Shown: positions 52,381 to 63,703, counted from the stretch's first letter. The stretch is 64,000 nt of DNA from Octopus sinensis (GCF_006345805.1 NC_043002.1:8494001-8558000); one strand, 5' to 3'. The notes: generated by a model not told the origin, from the letters alone. Program-made: numbers and translations.

Positions 52381-53649
52381 AAAAGATGGTATTTTAATGA
52401 AAGTTTTAAACTGAATTTAGATTACATTAAAACAAAAAGTTTTTTGTCATAGAACCTGAAGTGGGGGGTCTTACACAGGTTGGGATCTAAAACATTAATC
52501 ATCTCTGCCACATCTTCAGGATCAAACAGGGATGTATACAAATTCATGTTACCATGAGATACACAAAGTAATTATTCAAAGGTAAAATTCTGAACTGAAA
52601 GAGACTGATGATAACCTGCGTTGGTAAATGTTAATTCATAAAAGTTACTCAACTATGTTATTAATTTCTATACTTTTTTTTTTGGAAAAAAAAAAAAAAG
52701 TTAGAAACATTGGATTTTGAGAATTTTTTAATTTAAATTTTATTTTTCACTGTTCATTGCAAATCACACCAATTAATGTTTTTTAAGAACTTTTACACAA
52801 TTATTTTAACATTTTCATGCTTGCACACACTTGAGAATTTTGTATAGACTTTTTGTTTTTTTTCTCTCTCTACATATATACCCATCATAATAACACTTTT
52901 GTATACACATACAAGTTAAGATTAGAGGGAACAATGTTGAAATTATCATCATCATCATCATCATTATAATTATTATCATCATTATTATCATTAATATTAT
53001 CAGCATCATCATCATCATTATACCTGCTTCTTTATTACCCACAAGGGGCTAAACACAGAGAGGACAAACATAACAGACAAATGGATTAAGTCGATTATAT
53101 TGACCTCCAGTGCATAACCGGTACTTAATTTATTGACCCCGAAAGGATGAAAGGCAAAGTTGACCTCGGCGGAATTTGAACTCAGAAGGTAACAGCAGAC
53201 GAAATACAGCTATGCATTTCGCCCGGTGTGCTAACATTTCTGCCAGCTCGCTGCCTTATCAATATTATTATACCCTTCAAAGTTTAAACTCAGCAGGGGT
53301 CAACTTTCACCCCTCTGGAAATGATAAGTACTAGTCAAGTATTAGAGTTGATGTAACTGAGTAATTCACTCCCCGTAAAATTGTGGCCTTGCGCCAAATT
53401 AGACAGAAGCTGACAAGTTGGCAGAATCATTAGGGTTGCAGAACAAACTGCTTTGTGGTATTTCTACTGGGTCTTTACATTCTGAGTTCAAATTTTTCCA
53501 ATGTCAACTTTGCCTTTCATTCTTTCAGGACTGATGTAATAAAACCCTAGTCAAGTAAACAGGTCAGTCAACTTAGCCCATCACTCAAACTGTAGTCCTC
53601 CTTATGCTCATACTAGAAACAATTAAAGGCAGCAAGCTGGTAGAAATGC

Positions 53650-54241
53650 TGGAGCTGGCAGAATCGTTAACACACCAAGCGAAATGCTTAGCCGTATTTC
53701 GTCTGCCATTACGTTCTGAGTTCAAATTCCACCGAGGTAGACTTTGCCTTTCATCCTTTTGGGGTCGATAAACTAAGTACCAGTTACGCACTGAGGTCGA
53801 TGTAATTGATTTAATCCATTTGTCTGTCCTTGTTTGACCTCTCTGTGTTTAGCCCCTTGTGGGTAGTAAAGAAATAGGTATTTTGTCTTTCACTGCATTC
53901 TGAGTTCAAATTCTGCCGAGGTTGACTCTGCCTTTCATCCTTTCGGGGTCGATAAATTAAGTACTAGTTACGCACTGGGGTCGATGTAATCGACTTAATC
54001 CATTTGTTTGTCCCCTCTGTGTTTAGCCCCTAGTGGGTAGTAAAGAAATAGGTATTTCGTCTGCCGCTACATTTTGAGTTCAAATTCCGCCGAGGTTGAC
54101 TTTGCCTTTCATCCTCTCGGGGTCGATAAATTAAGTACCAGTTACGCACTGGGGTCGATGTAATCGACTTAATCCATTTGTCTGTCCTTGATTGTCCTCT
54201 CTATGTTTAGCCCCTTGTGGATAGTAAAGAAATGGGTATTT
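53650..54241 (+). mobile_element. SINE family B trimer
   Basis: GTATTT junctions at 53694, 53878, 54052, 54236 (184, 174, 184 bp). Confidence 0.85.
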
Positions 54242-55043
54242 GTTGCAGCTCTTTATGTTCTAAGTTTAAGTTCAACTGGGGTCAACTTTACTTAACCAGC
54301 TGTAGAAACTCTGCCAAATCAAGATTGGAGCCTGGTGCAGCCGTCTGGTTTGCCAGCCCTCAATCAAAATCGTCCAGCCCATGCTAGCATGGAAAGCGGA
54401 CGTTGAATGATGATGATGATGGTAGATAAAGAACCAATCATGTACTGGACTCACTGATATTGACTAAGATTCTCCCCTCAAAACTGCTGGCTTTGTACTT
54501 AAATAAGAAACAGTTATTGTCGTTGTTATCACTGATATACCATCAAAGAGTAGGATTTTGAAGTCCCTTGCGTTAAATTTTTGATATATAACTTCTGTTT
54601 AATTCTTTACTGACCTACTGTAATTGCGTATCTTTTGTTTATTTGTTTTTTTTTGTTAAAAAAGACACAAAAGAAAACAAAAAAACAAATGGTTAACAAG
54701 AAGTCTCTATGTGAGTCTTCCATCTACTGGAAATAGCAACCAAATATTATTCAAATCTCAGCTTTACATCTTAAAAGAAAAAGGAAGGATACGTTGAACA
54801 GTGTAGCTGAACAGAAGGAATGGTCATGGTTGGAATGTTTTTGCACTAGACCAACTGGATTAAACCAAACAGGATGGGGAGGGAGAGACTAAACAATGAT
54901 AACAACAGTGACTCTTTTGACAGACTATGAAGATATTACAAATGAATCGTTTCAATTAATCAGGAACATTATGCAAATGATATAAAAGGTAATTTCTCTT
55001 AATTATGAAAACAAAAGAAAAGTTTTCATCAATATTTCGTTTT

Positions 55044-55376
55044 TGGATTTGGTTTGCAAGATTCTTTATATGTGTTCGTGTGTTGAAGCATATTCTGTTG
55101 TGTCTGGGGAGAGTCATTTTCTTTTTGTGCCTTATTATGTAAAACACCCACCGGTAAGAAAAACGTGGAAATTTTAAGTAAAATTTCCACGTTTTCTTAT
55201 TTTTATTTTCCTAAAATTTTCATTGCATCTTGCAACCTTTTCAATAGTTTTGACTCTCTGCAAGACGCAACGAAAATTTTAGGACAATAAAAATAAGAAA
55301 AACGTGGAAATTTTACCTGTGCGTGTGTTATATTATTATAAGGCACAAAAAGAAAATGACTCTCCCCAGACACAAT
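55044..55376. mobile_element. Foldback element family 2
   Basis: Inverted arms 55098-55375; same left extension gatttggtttgcaagattctttatatg; ends about 35 nt from the donor of exon 55411-55534. Confidence 0.8.
55211..55247 (-). ncRNA. Minimal hammerhead-like motif, U3:A8 variant, in a foldback element
   Basis: CTA-TTGAAAA-G-GTTGC-aagat-GCAAT-GAAA-ATTT-TAG. The opposite arm (55259-55283) keeps GCAAC-GAAAATTTTAGG. Confidence 0.5.
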
Positions 55377-55410
55377 TTTCATCAATAGTTAGTTATAAAA
55401 ATTGACATAC

Positions 55411-55534
55411 CTGCTTAAGGTGCTGAAATATAGAAAGTGTCGTGCCAATTCTGAACTGGATATCATTTGATCTCTCCATAATGGGCTACTTGTGAATAAA
55501 AATCCAACCAAGGAATGGTCCAGGGCATAAGAAC
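55411..55534 (-). CDS. Internal coding exon (phase 1 to 2) of a Sec14/CRAL-TRIO-like domain protein, puratrophin/PLEKHG4-ARHGEF40-type RhoGEF-like
   Basis: Acceptor tttctttgtgttttatcacag|, donor CAG|gtatgt; 124 nt, open: (G)SYALDHSLVGFLFTSSPLWRDQMISSSELARHFLYFSTLS(R). Resembles, from memory, the 'W..xSSxELxRLLLYLxSIPR' segment of PLEKHG4-type proteins. Phase matches exon 27676-27775. Confidence 0.85.
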
Positions 55535-55699
55535 CTGTGATAAAACACAAAGAAATATACAATGGTTGTTCGTACACTCTGTTGCTATTATTTTACATTA
55601 AAGACAAGAAACAGAAATGGTAAGATACAAGAGATAAAAGAACACAATAGAAAACAATAAAAAAAATACAGCAAAACATATCACACACACACACACACA

Positions 55700-55777
55700 C
55701 ACACATGCACATACACACATTCTCTCTCTATATATATCTATCTCCCTCTCTCCCTCTTTCTCTATCTATCTATCTCC

Positions 55778-55818
<41 letters not shown>

Positions 55819-56120
55819 CTCTCTCTCTCTCTCTATCTCCCTCTTTCTCTCTCTCTCTCTCTCTCTCCCTCTTTCTCACTCTCTCTCTCTCTCTCTATCT
55901 CCCTCTTTCTCTCTCTATCTCCTTTCTCTCCCTCTTTCTCTCTCTATCTCCCTCTCCCTCTCTCTCTCCCTCTTTCTCTCTCTCTATCTCCCTCTTTCTC
56001 ACTCTCTCTATCTATCTCCCTCTTTCTCTCTCTCTATCTCCTTTCTCTCTCTCTCTCCCTCTTTCTCTCTCTCTATCTCCCTCTTTCTCTCTCTTTCTCC
56101 CCCCCTCTCTCTCTCTCCTC
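55700..56120. repeat. TC-rich minisatellite (ctatctccctctttctctctct units)
   Basis: Seen directly. Confidence 0.9.
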
Positions 56121-56424
56121 TTTACATTTGTTGGTTGAGAACTGCTAGCTAGTATGGTGAACAATCAACTGGATATTGCAAGTATGGGAGGTGTTGATCT
56201 ATCACAATTATTATTATTGTCATTACTGCTACTATTTTTAGCACTGTCACATTATCAAAGAATGGGTCTTTGGAGTACCTTCTCACAATGGTCTTCAGAG
56301 TTCAGTCTGGCTGCACCAGATTATTGCTAAGGTATGTTCTGTATAGTTTGGAGTATAGTCAGCTAACACTGCTTGCTTGATAGTAGGCTGTTGCTACAGA
56401 CGTTGTTGCTGTGTAGCAGCACAC

Positions 56425-56427
<3 letters not shown>

Positions 56428-56472
<45 letters not shown>

Positions 56473-56975
56473 ATATATATATATACATAATATATATATA
56501 CATACATACACATATATACATACACATATATACATACACATATATACATACATATATATACATATAAATATACATATATATATACACATACATATATATA
56601 CATATATGTACATATATATATATATATATATATACATATATGTACATATATATATACATATATGTACATATATATATATATATGTACATATATATATATA
56701 TGTACATATATATATATATACATATATGTACATATATATATATACACATATATGTACATATGTATATATATACATATATGTACATATGTATATATATACA
56801 TATATGTACATATATATTTATATATATATATATACATATATGTACATATATATATGTACATATATATATACATATATATCTATGTACATACATATATGTA
56901 CATATATATATATATACATATATATATGTACATATATATATATACACACACATAAATATATATATATATATAATG
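56428..56975. repeat. (TA)n tract with recurrent tatgtacata units
   Basis: Seen directly. Confidence 0.95.
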
Positions 56976-58084
56976 TAAGATGTCCAGTCCACTCTAATCC
57001 AGTGTGTTGGTTTCACTCAAAACTTTGCATCATTTAATTGGTAGTTTAGCTGTGACCAGCCCATTTTCCTTTTCTTTCTTTCTTTTTTTTTTTTTTGCAG
57101 TTATGTTGTGTTAACATATGAGGTCTCTGTTTTAAAAGACAATAGTAAGTTTGCTGAAAGAGACGGATTTCACAGCTATTATTGGGTATATTGAGTGGTA
57201 AAAATATCAGAGAGCAATTACTAACATACAAATTAAAAAAAACAAATAAAATAAAACTGAAAAATTCCATTTGCAGTCAGTCATTGATAGATTGGATTAA
57301 ATAATTTTTTTTTTTTTTTTTCAAAATGCTCACCACAAAGAAAAAAGAAAAAACATGTCCAATGGTAAAACCTATATGGTTGCCCGATCCGCAAGAAATA
57401 GCAAGAGCGCCTCCCACAAATCACACTCTCCCAGCTTGAAAAAGCTAAGGGCAGAGTAGTCTTAGATACATCATCATTGTTTAACGTCCACTTTCCATAC
57501 TAGCATGGGTTGGACGATTTTGACTGAGGACTGGCGAACCAGATGGCTGCACCAGGCTCCAATTTTGATTTGGCAGAGTTTCAACAGCTGGATGCCCTTC
57601 CTAACGCCAACCACTCCGAGAGCGTAGTAGGTGCTTTTTACATGCCACCAGCACGGAAGCCAGTCAGGAGGTACTGGCAATGACCTCGCTCAAATCTTTT
57701 TACACGTGCCACCAGCACAGGTGCCAGTAAGGCGACGTTGGTAACGATTACGCTTGAATGGCGCCCTGTTATGTGCCACTGGCACGGAAGCCAGTTGGCT
57801 GCTCTGGTGACGATCATGCTCGGGTGGTGCTCTTGGCACCCTACTAGCACAGACTAGTCTTAGATACATATCAGAAAACTGACATGTATCTAGGATACAT
57901 TTCTATATGTCTGGAAGGACAGAGTAGTCCTTGATACGTGTTTGTACATCTGGAAGGATATACATCTAGTCTTAGATATATATCTGAAAATATGATCTTG
58001 TCATGACTGCTAAATCAACAGAAAAACTCAAGCATTATTCACACTGCACCCACCCCAAATATGAGTGGCACTCAGCTCGAGTCC

Positions 58085-59040
58085 TCATGCTAGGCCTCAT
58101 TATAACTGAGGATTTCTCTTGGCAAAAATACATCCTTAGCATAGATACTGTCATAGATACTCAAACACTGTCTCCTTTCTTCATGGCCAGAAAATATTTT
58201 AGCCTTCAACATCAATTAACACTCTACAAGGCACTCTACACTCCACAGTGGAGTACTGTTTTCAAATCTGGGATAGAGCTGCCATATACACAGACATCCT
58301 GGATTACATCCAGAGAAGAGCCACTCAACTGACTGCTATTAAATCACCAACAGACATACTCCAGTCTCTGACCCATCTGCATCCAATTTTCCTCTCTCCA
58401 CCATTCCTACCATGACTATAACGGCCTCTAGTCTTCAGAACAGGCAGGTCTCACACCTGTTTCACTAAGTTATTCCTAGATTAGTCATCTGTCCAACTTT
58501 TATCATCATTGTTGGTGATGCTGCTGCTGTTGCTGTTGAGCAGTCTGGTCCAAGCGGTCCGAAACGTGGTCCTTTGCTATTCGTAAAACCCGCAGAAGTG
58601 AAAGCAGGTCAACTCCCGACACCGAGAGCATCGACGGATGGATGAATGTGCATCCAGGCTCAGCGGTTGCGTAGGAAGTCGGGGACAAGAAACAGGAAGA
58701 AAGAGTGAGAGAAAATTGGAGCAAAAGAGTACAACAGGGGTCGCCACCACCCCCTGCCAGAGCCTCGTGGAGCTTTAGGTGTTTTCGCTCAATAAACACA
58801 CACAACGCCCGGTCTGGAAATTGAAGCCGCGATCCTCCAACCACGAGTCCACTGCCCTAACCAGCGGGCCATTGCACCTCCACTGTTGTTGAAGCTCCTC
58901 TCCACTATGCCAGCTCTACATTAACCCCCATTCCCACTTTTCCCCCCAGAATTTCTCCCTCCGACAACCGCCTGGAATCGTTTTCCTTCAACTGCCTTTT
59001 CCTGCAGATGTTGACCTACATCAGTTTTATCAGTACACCA
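58085..59040 (+). mobile_element. CR1 (Zenon-like) LINE fragment, interrupted by SINE C
   Basis: LGLIITEDFSWQKYI...RKYFSLQHQLTLYKA...IWDRAA...ILDYIQRRATQL. Confidence 0.6.
58520..58882 (-). mobile_element. SINE family C, tail type 3, inserted in a CR1 fragment
   Basis: Same head and body as 14307-14610, unrelated 3' portion ending (CAA/CAG)n. Confidence 0.8.
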
Positions 59041-59518
59041 AAGGCATCAATCAAGCTCACTGGTCTTGGAAGGTTTGCAATGGTTCATGGGAATGGCTCC
59101 AAACTCAGCAAAAACAAAGTGGTGCTGGGGCTGAGCTTAACAATAACAACAATAAAAAGATCGGTCAAGAACAAACAGAAATATTAAATACTACAGATTT
59201 GAATGCAAACTTTTCATTCGTTTGAAACTATTCAGTGTAAGAGCAGGAAAATGGTACTTGTTATGAAGTGAATTTTCATATATAAGTTTGAAAATATGTA
59301 AATAACAACTAAATAAATTTCATAAAAAAAAATTATCCTTTCCTTCTTGGGACACAAAACTCTGTAATGCCCCAAAGGTTCTCTTTCCTGCCACAACAAA
59401 GTTGGCAATAGGTTGCCAAATTTGAACTCAAAACACAAGAAGACTGAGTAGACACTAGAAGGAAACTTGTTTATCCAGGCTTGGCTCTTTATCTAACAAC
59501 ACAGAAAAGTATTTTTCG

Positions 59519-59655
59519 ATGTTATTATTATTATTATTATTATTATCATTATTATTATTATCATTATTATCATTATTATCATTATTATTATTATCATTAT
59601 TATCATTATCATTATTATCATTATTATTATCATTATCATTATTATTATTATTATT
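59519..59655. repeat. (ATT/ATC)n microsatellite
   Basis: Seen directly. Confidence 0.95.
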
Positions 59656-59979
59656 CAGGTCACTGCCTGGAATTGAACTCAGAATCTTGGGGTTAGTAGT
59701 ATTTTGCTAGCTCGAACCCCACCCCAAAATCTTTTATGAGCACCCAGGGTGTCATATGAACCCCAGTTGAGAACCACTGATATAGAGAAAAATATGCTTC
59801 ATGACAACTGATGCTTTAAAGAGCCTCTAAGCAAAGTAGTTAATCTATTTGACTTTATGTTGCACAGGAGACCAAACAAAAAAATCACTGGTGCACTTTA
59901 AATGAAAAGTTATAAAAATTAAACTGTTCTAATGAACACATTCAGAAGATGTATATGATACTACGGATAAGCTTATTAA

Positions 59980-60484
59980 CCCTTTAGAATTTAAACTGAC
60001 CATATCTGGCCCAAATATTCTACCCATTTTATATTCAAACTGACCACAGCCAGTCTTCTCTAAAAATGTCCTCTAAAAATAATCACATCATCAAAATCTC
60101 AAAACAAGATAATACCTGATTAAAGCAAAATGATGTGAATGAATAGGCATTACATTTGACTGAGTGATCTAAATGCCAAAAAGTTAATTATACTTATGTA
60201 TAACAAGATGATGAATAACATGTATTTCAAGTTGGTCGCAAGCATTCAGTATGCATTTTCTTAACCCTTTAGTGTTTAAACCAGCCTTATCAGGCCAAAA
60301 TTGTCTTCCTGTTTTATTCTCAAACCAGCCAGCTCTGACCTCTCACACCTACCCTACAAAGTCATTCTGAAAAGGAACAGGGACATCATCAAAATCTCAG
60401 AGTTACAAGATGCTGTACAATTAATTTAAAACATTGTAATTAAACAGGCTTTACATTTGACAGAGTAATCTGAATGCTAAAGGG
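59980..60484. mobile_element. Two tandem copies of a second TTAA MITE family (59980-60183; 60265-60484); fragment at ~12980-13115
   Basis: TTAA-CCCTTT(T)AG...TAAAGGG-TTAA. Confidence 0.7.
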
Positions 60485-61008
60485 TTAAACCTTAATCTGT
60501 GGTATACTTAGATACTCCTTGTGGTATACCAGTGTACCATTTTAGAATCCCTGCTCTAAGTTATAGACAGTGTTACTTTAAGAATTCAGGTAATATCTGT
60601 TGTATTCATATATTAGCGGTTTGTGTGTATGTTGGCTTTATTTCAGTGGATTCATCTTTATTAACGAAGTAATTTGGCTATCTACTGTTGGCATATTCAA
60701 TAAAACCTGTGATCCGAGTAATAACTATCATGTGATCATTGCCACTTTAACACAGTCAATTCATTTTTCAGAAGAATTGTTGAACCAGTCAAAGTTCTCA
60801 ATAGGTGATGCACATCAAGAATGGTTGTTGGGTGAACATTGTTGAATGATGTGAGTAGGAAGAGGCTGTGAAATGGGAAAACTGAAGAGGTAGATAGGGA
60901 TGGTCTCTTGATACTAAGCTTCACAAAAGAGAGGATGAAGGACTTTGAACAGTGGAGAGAAGCTATGTTGAAACTGACCCATTCAACCCATGCTTGTATG
61001 CAAAATTA

Positions 61009-61266
61009 TCAGGTCTGTCCGAATTTTGAATAAAGAAAACAAGTGATCAAATGTTATATTTAATTGAAATTTAATCATCAATGTACTTTCCCTGATTATC
61101 TATGACTTCCTTCCATCTATTTACAAGCCTTTTAATCCCATCAATGTAAAACTCTTTAGGTTTCAAAGGAAAGAGCTCTGAAATGTCAGTTTCGACCTCC
61201 TCCTGGCTTGCGAAAGTTGTGTCCCCCAAATGATTCTGTACACTATGAAACAAATGGTAGTCTGAA
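61009..61266 (-). mobile_element. Mariner 3' fragment with TIR
   Basis: SDYHLFHSVQNHLG...FYIDGIKRLVNRWKEVIDNQGKYIDD*. Confidence 0.8.
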
Positions 61267-61730
61267 GAGAGGGCCTTTGTTGCCAGCAGAGGTAGGAGCT
61301 CTCTGAACTTTGTCCAGCCTAATCTTATTCTCACAGCTATGCTCTCAGAGCATCCACCTCCACTACTAACTTAGTGTTTATTAGGTGTTTATTATACCTG
61401 TGCATCTTCTACATACAAAAGCTCATTTCCCTGTTAACCATCCTCTGATATTACTGAAAATTTATGTGTCCAAAGCTTACATCGGGTTGCATCTTATGGA
61501 GTTTCTACCTACCGCTTTTCTAGAAATTGAGCAGGGCCATCTACCTGAAGGGATTTGTGATTTGTCTACCTTAAAGAATATGAGGAGTTTAGATCTAAAT
61601 GAACATGTACAATAAGTCCTGTAATAGGTCGTCTGTTAGGTTCCAAGTTCACAGCTGAGGCTGCAACTAGGGCTTCTGAGTTAGCAGGTATATATTATGT
61701 TAGAAAAAGGACAACAAAAACCAAGGCAGG
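61267..61730 (-). mobile_element. RTE LINE RT/zinc-knuckle fragment
   Basis: SGRWPCSI.RKAVGRNSIRC and RIRLGWTKFRELLPLLATK segments. Confidence 0.7.
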
Positions 61731-62430
61731 ACGAGTATCTCAAGTCATTTAGAATATTTGGCACCTGTGCTGGTGGCACGTAAAAAGCACCCACTACACT
61801 CACGGAGTGGTTGGCGTTAGGAAGGGCATCCAGCTGTAGAAACACTGCCAGATCAGACTGGAGCCTGGTGCAGCCTCCTGGTTTCCCAGACCTCAGTCGA
61901 ACCGTCCAACCCATGCTAACACGGAAAGCGGACTTTAAACGATGATGATGATGATCTTAAGGTGAATTTGAAGTCTTGCAACTGTTTCTGGGATATCCCA
62001 TGTGATAAGCTAGCATGTCTGTACACTGGTTCTTCAGAGATAAGGTGAGTATGTATGAAAGTTCTAGGTGAGGAAACTCACAGTTTATAAGGAATAGAAT
62101 AGTAAATAGAAGAATAAAGAGTAAAACAGTAGATGGAAGAATACGGACAGGAAAATAAAGTACACAGCTCATCTTCTTCAAGAGGGTATGGAGCTTGGTC
62201 CATACTTTCATGAAGGTATTGGCCCTTAAGTATAATTCCAGGTGAGTCCAGGCAGCATTTTGGCAGTATTTTGTAGCATCACTACAGACAGATATGGATA
62301 GTGAGTGAGTGAATAGAAGAGAAAGGAGGAACAGTGAAAAGACAGGGGTGGGGAAAGAATGAATGAGAGCGAAAGTAAAATAAAATTTTAAAAATCAGAA
62401 TCAAAAATATAAAATAAAGATAAAGATATA

Positions 62431-62832
62431 GGCGCAGGAGTGGCTGTGTGGTAAGTAGCTTGTTTACCAACCACATGGTTCCAGGTTCAGTCCTACCGCG
62501 TGGCACCTTGGGCAAGTGTCTTCTACTATAGCCTCGGGCCGACCAAAGCCTTGTGAGTGGATTTGGTAGACGGAAACTGAAAGAAGCCCGTCGTATATAT
62601 GTATATATATATATGTGTGTGTGTCTGTGTTTGTCCCCCTAGCATTGCTTGACAATCGATGCTGGTGTGTTTATGTCCCCGTCACTTAGCGGTTCGGCAA
62701 AAAGAGACCAATAGAATAAGTACTGGGCTTACAAAGAATAAGTCCCGGGGTCGAGTTGCTCGATTAGAAGGCAGTGCTCTAGCATGGCCACATACATATG
62801 ACTGAAACAAGTAAAAGAGAGTAAAGAGAGTA
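62431..62832 (+). mobile_element. SINE family A, full length
   Basis: Head ggcgcaggagtggctgtgtgg to tail gtaaaagagagta. Confidence 0.85.
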
Positions 62833-63147
62833 TAAGATGCCAGTAATATTCTTCATAAGGATCAGTTTGGGGTGAGAGCTCAGGTATTAAGGTCTTGGTA
62901 AGGTGGAGGAGGAAGACATTTATGTCTATTAATTAAATAGATAAATTCCAGGTGCAGTGTGGTCAGACTAGGTATTGGAAAGCAAATGATACTTTAACAA
63001 TGAAGGTGGATTGCCATAGCACTGTGACTGGTTTGCCATTGGACCTTTCAAATATGCTTTTGGAGAGGGGGAGGGAGAGAGAGAGAGAAAGAGAGAGAGA
63101 GGATGAGTTTATTGAAGCTTAATATTTCATATACATTAAGGTTTTAC

Positions 63148-63275
63148 CTTCAATGTTTTCGTTTGGTTGTCAAATTCATTGTCAGGAATGTACAGTAGTA
63201 TATACGAAGATACATAGTGATAAGTTAAAGCGAACAGGAAGTACAGTATTTGGTTGCAAGCATAAACCCCCCCAT
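63148..63275 (-). other. Candidate exon, not linked to the gene model
   Basis: Pyrimidine-rich acceptor ctctgtgtctgtctctttggtttag|, donor AAG|gtaaaa; open frame (D)GGVYACNQILYFLFALTYHYVSSYILLYIPDNEFDNQTKTLK, phase 1 to 0. It cannot splice directly to the phase-1 exon at 55534, and no homology was recognised. Confidence 0.25.
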
Positions 63276-63654
63276 CTAAACCAAAGAGACAGACAGAGAT
63301 GAAGAGGATACTATATCCTTTTACTGATTTGATATCAGTCATTGACTGTGGTCATGCTGGGGCCACTGCTTTCCCCGAGTACAGACGATTGTATCATTTC
63401 CAATATTATTTTCATTGACTGCTGCTTATCTTATCGACTTCAAAAAGATCAAAAGCAAAATGCACCACCAAGATCTGAACACAAAATATAAAATGACACA
63501 AACTAAATACCACAAGGTATTTCGTGTGATTCTCTACTATCCATATTCCAAAGCACCCCCCACCAACCATACTTTGATGTTCTCATGTTCTCTATAGGTT
63601 ACAAGAAAACAGTCTTTTATTTCACATAATGAATGAATGAATGAGTGTTTGTGG

Positions 63655-63703
<49 letters not shown>

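Noticed and set aside
56359-57037. Several 100-217 aa YI/IH-rich ORFs
   Set aside because: Translation of (TA)n/tatgtacata tract.
61071-61334. ORF fusing RTE and mariner sequences
   Set aside because: Chance in-frame juxtaposition of two decayed fragments; no start context or complete domain.
61385-61615. LPEGICDLSTLKNMRSLDL, an LRR-like phrase
   Set aside because: Antisense reading of the RTE remnant on the minus strand.
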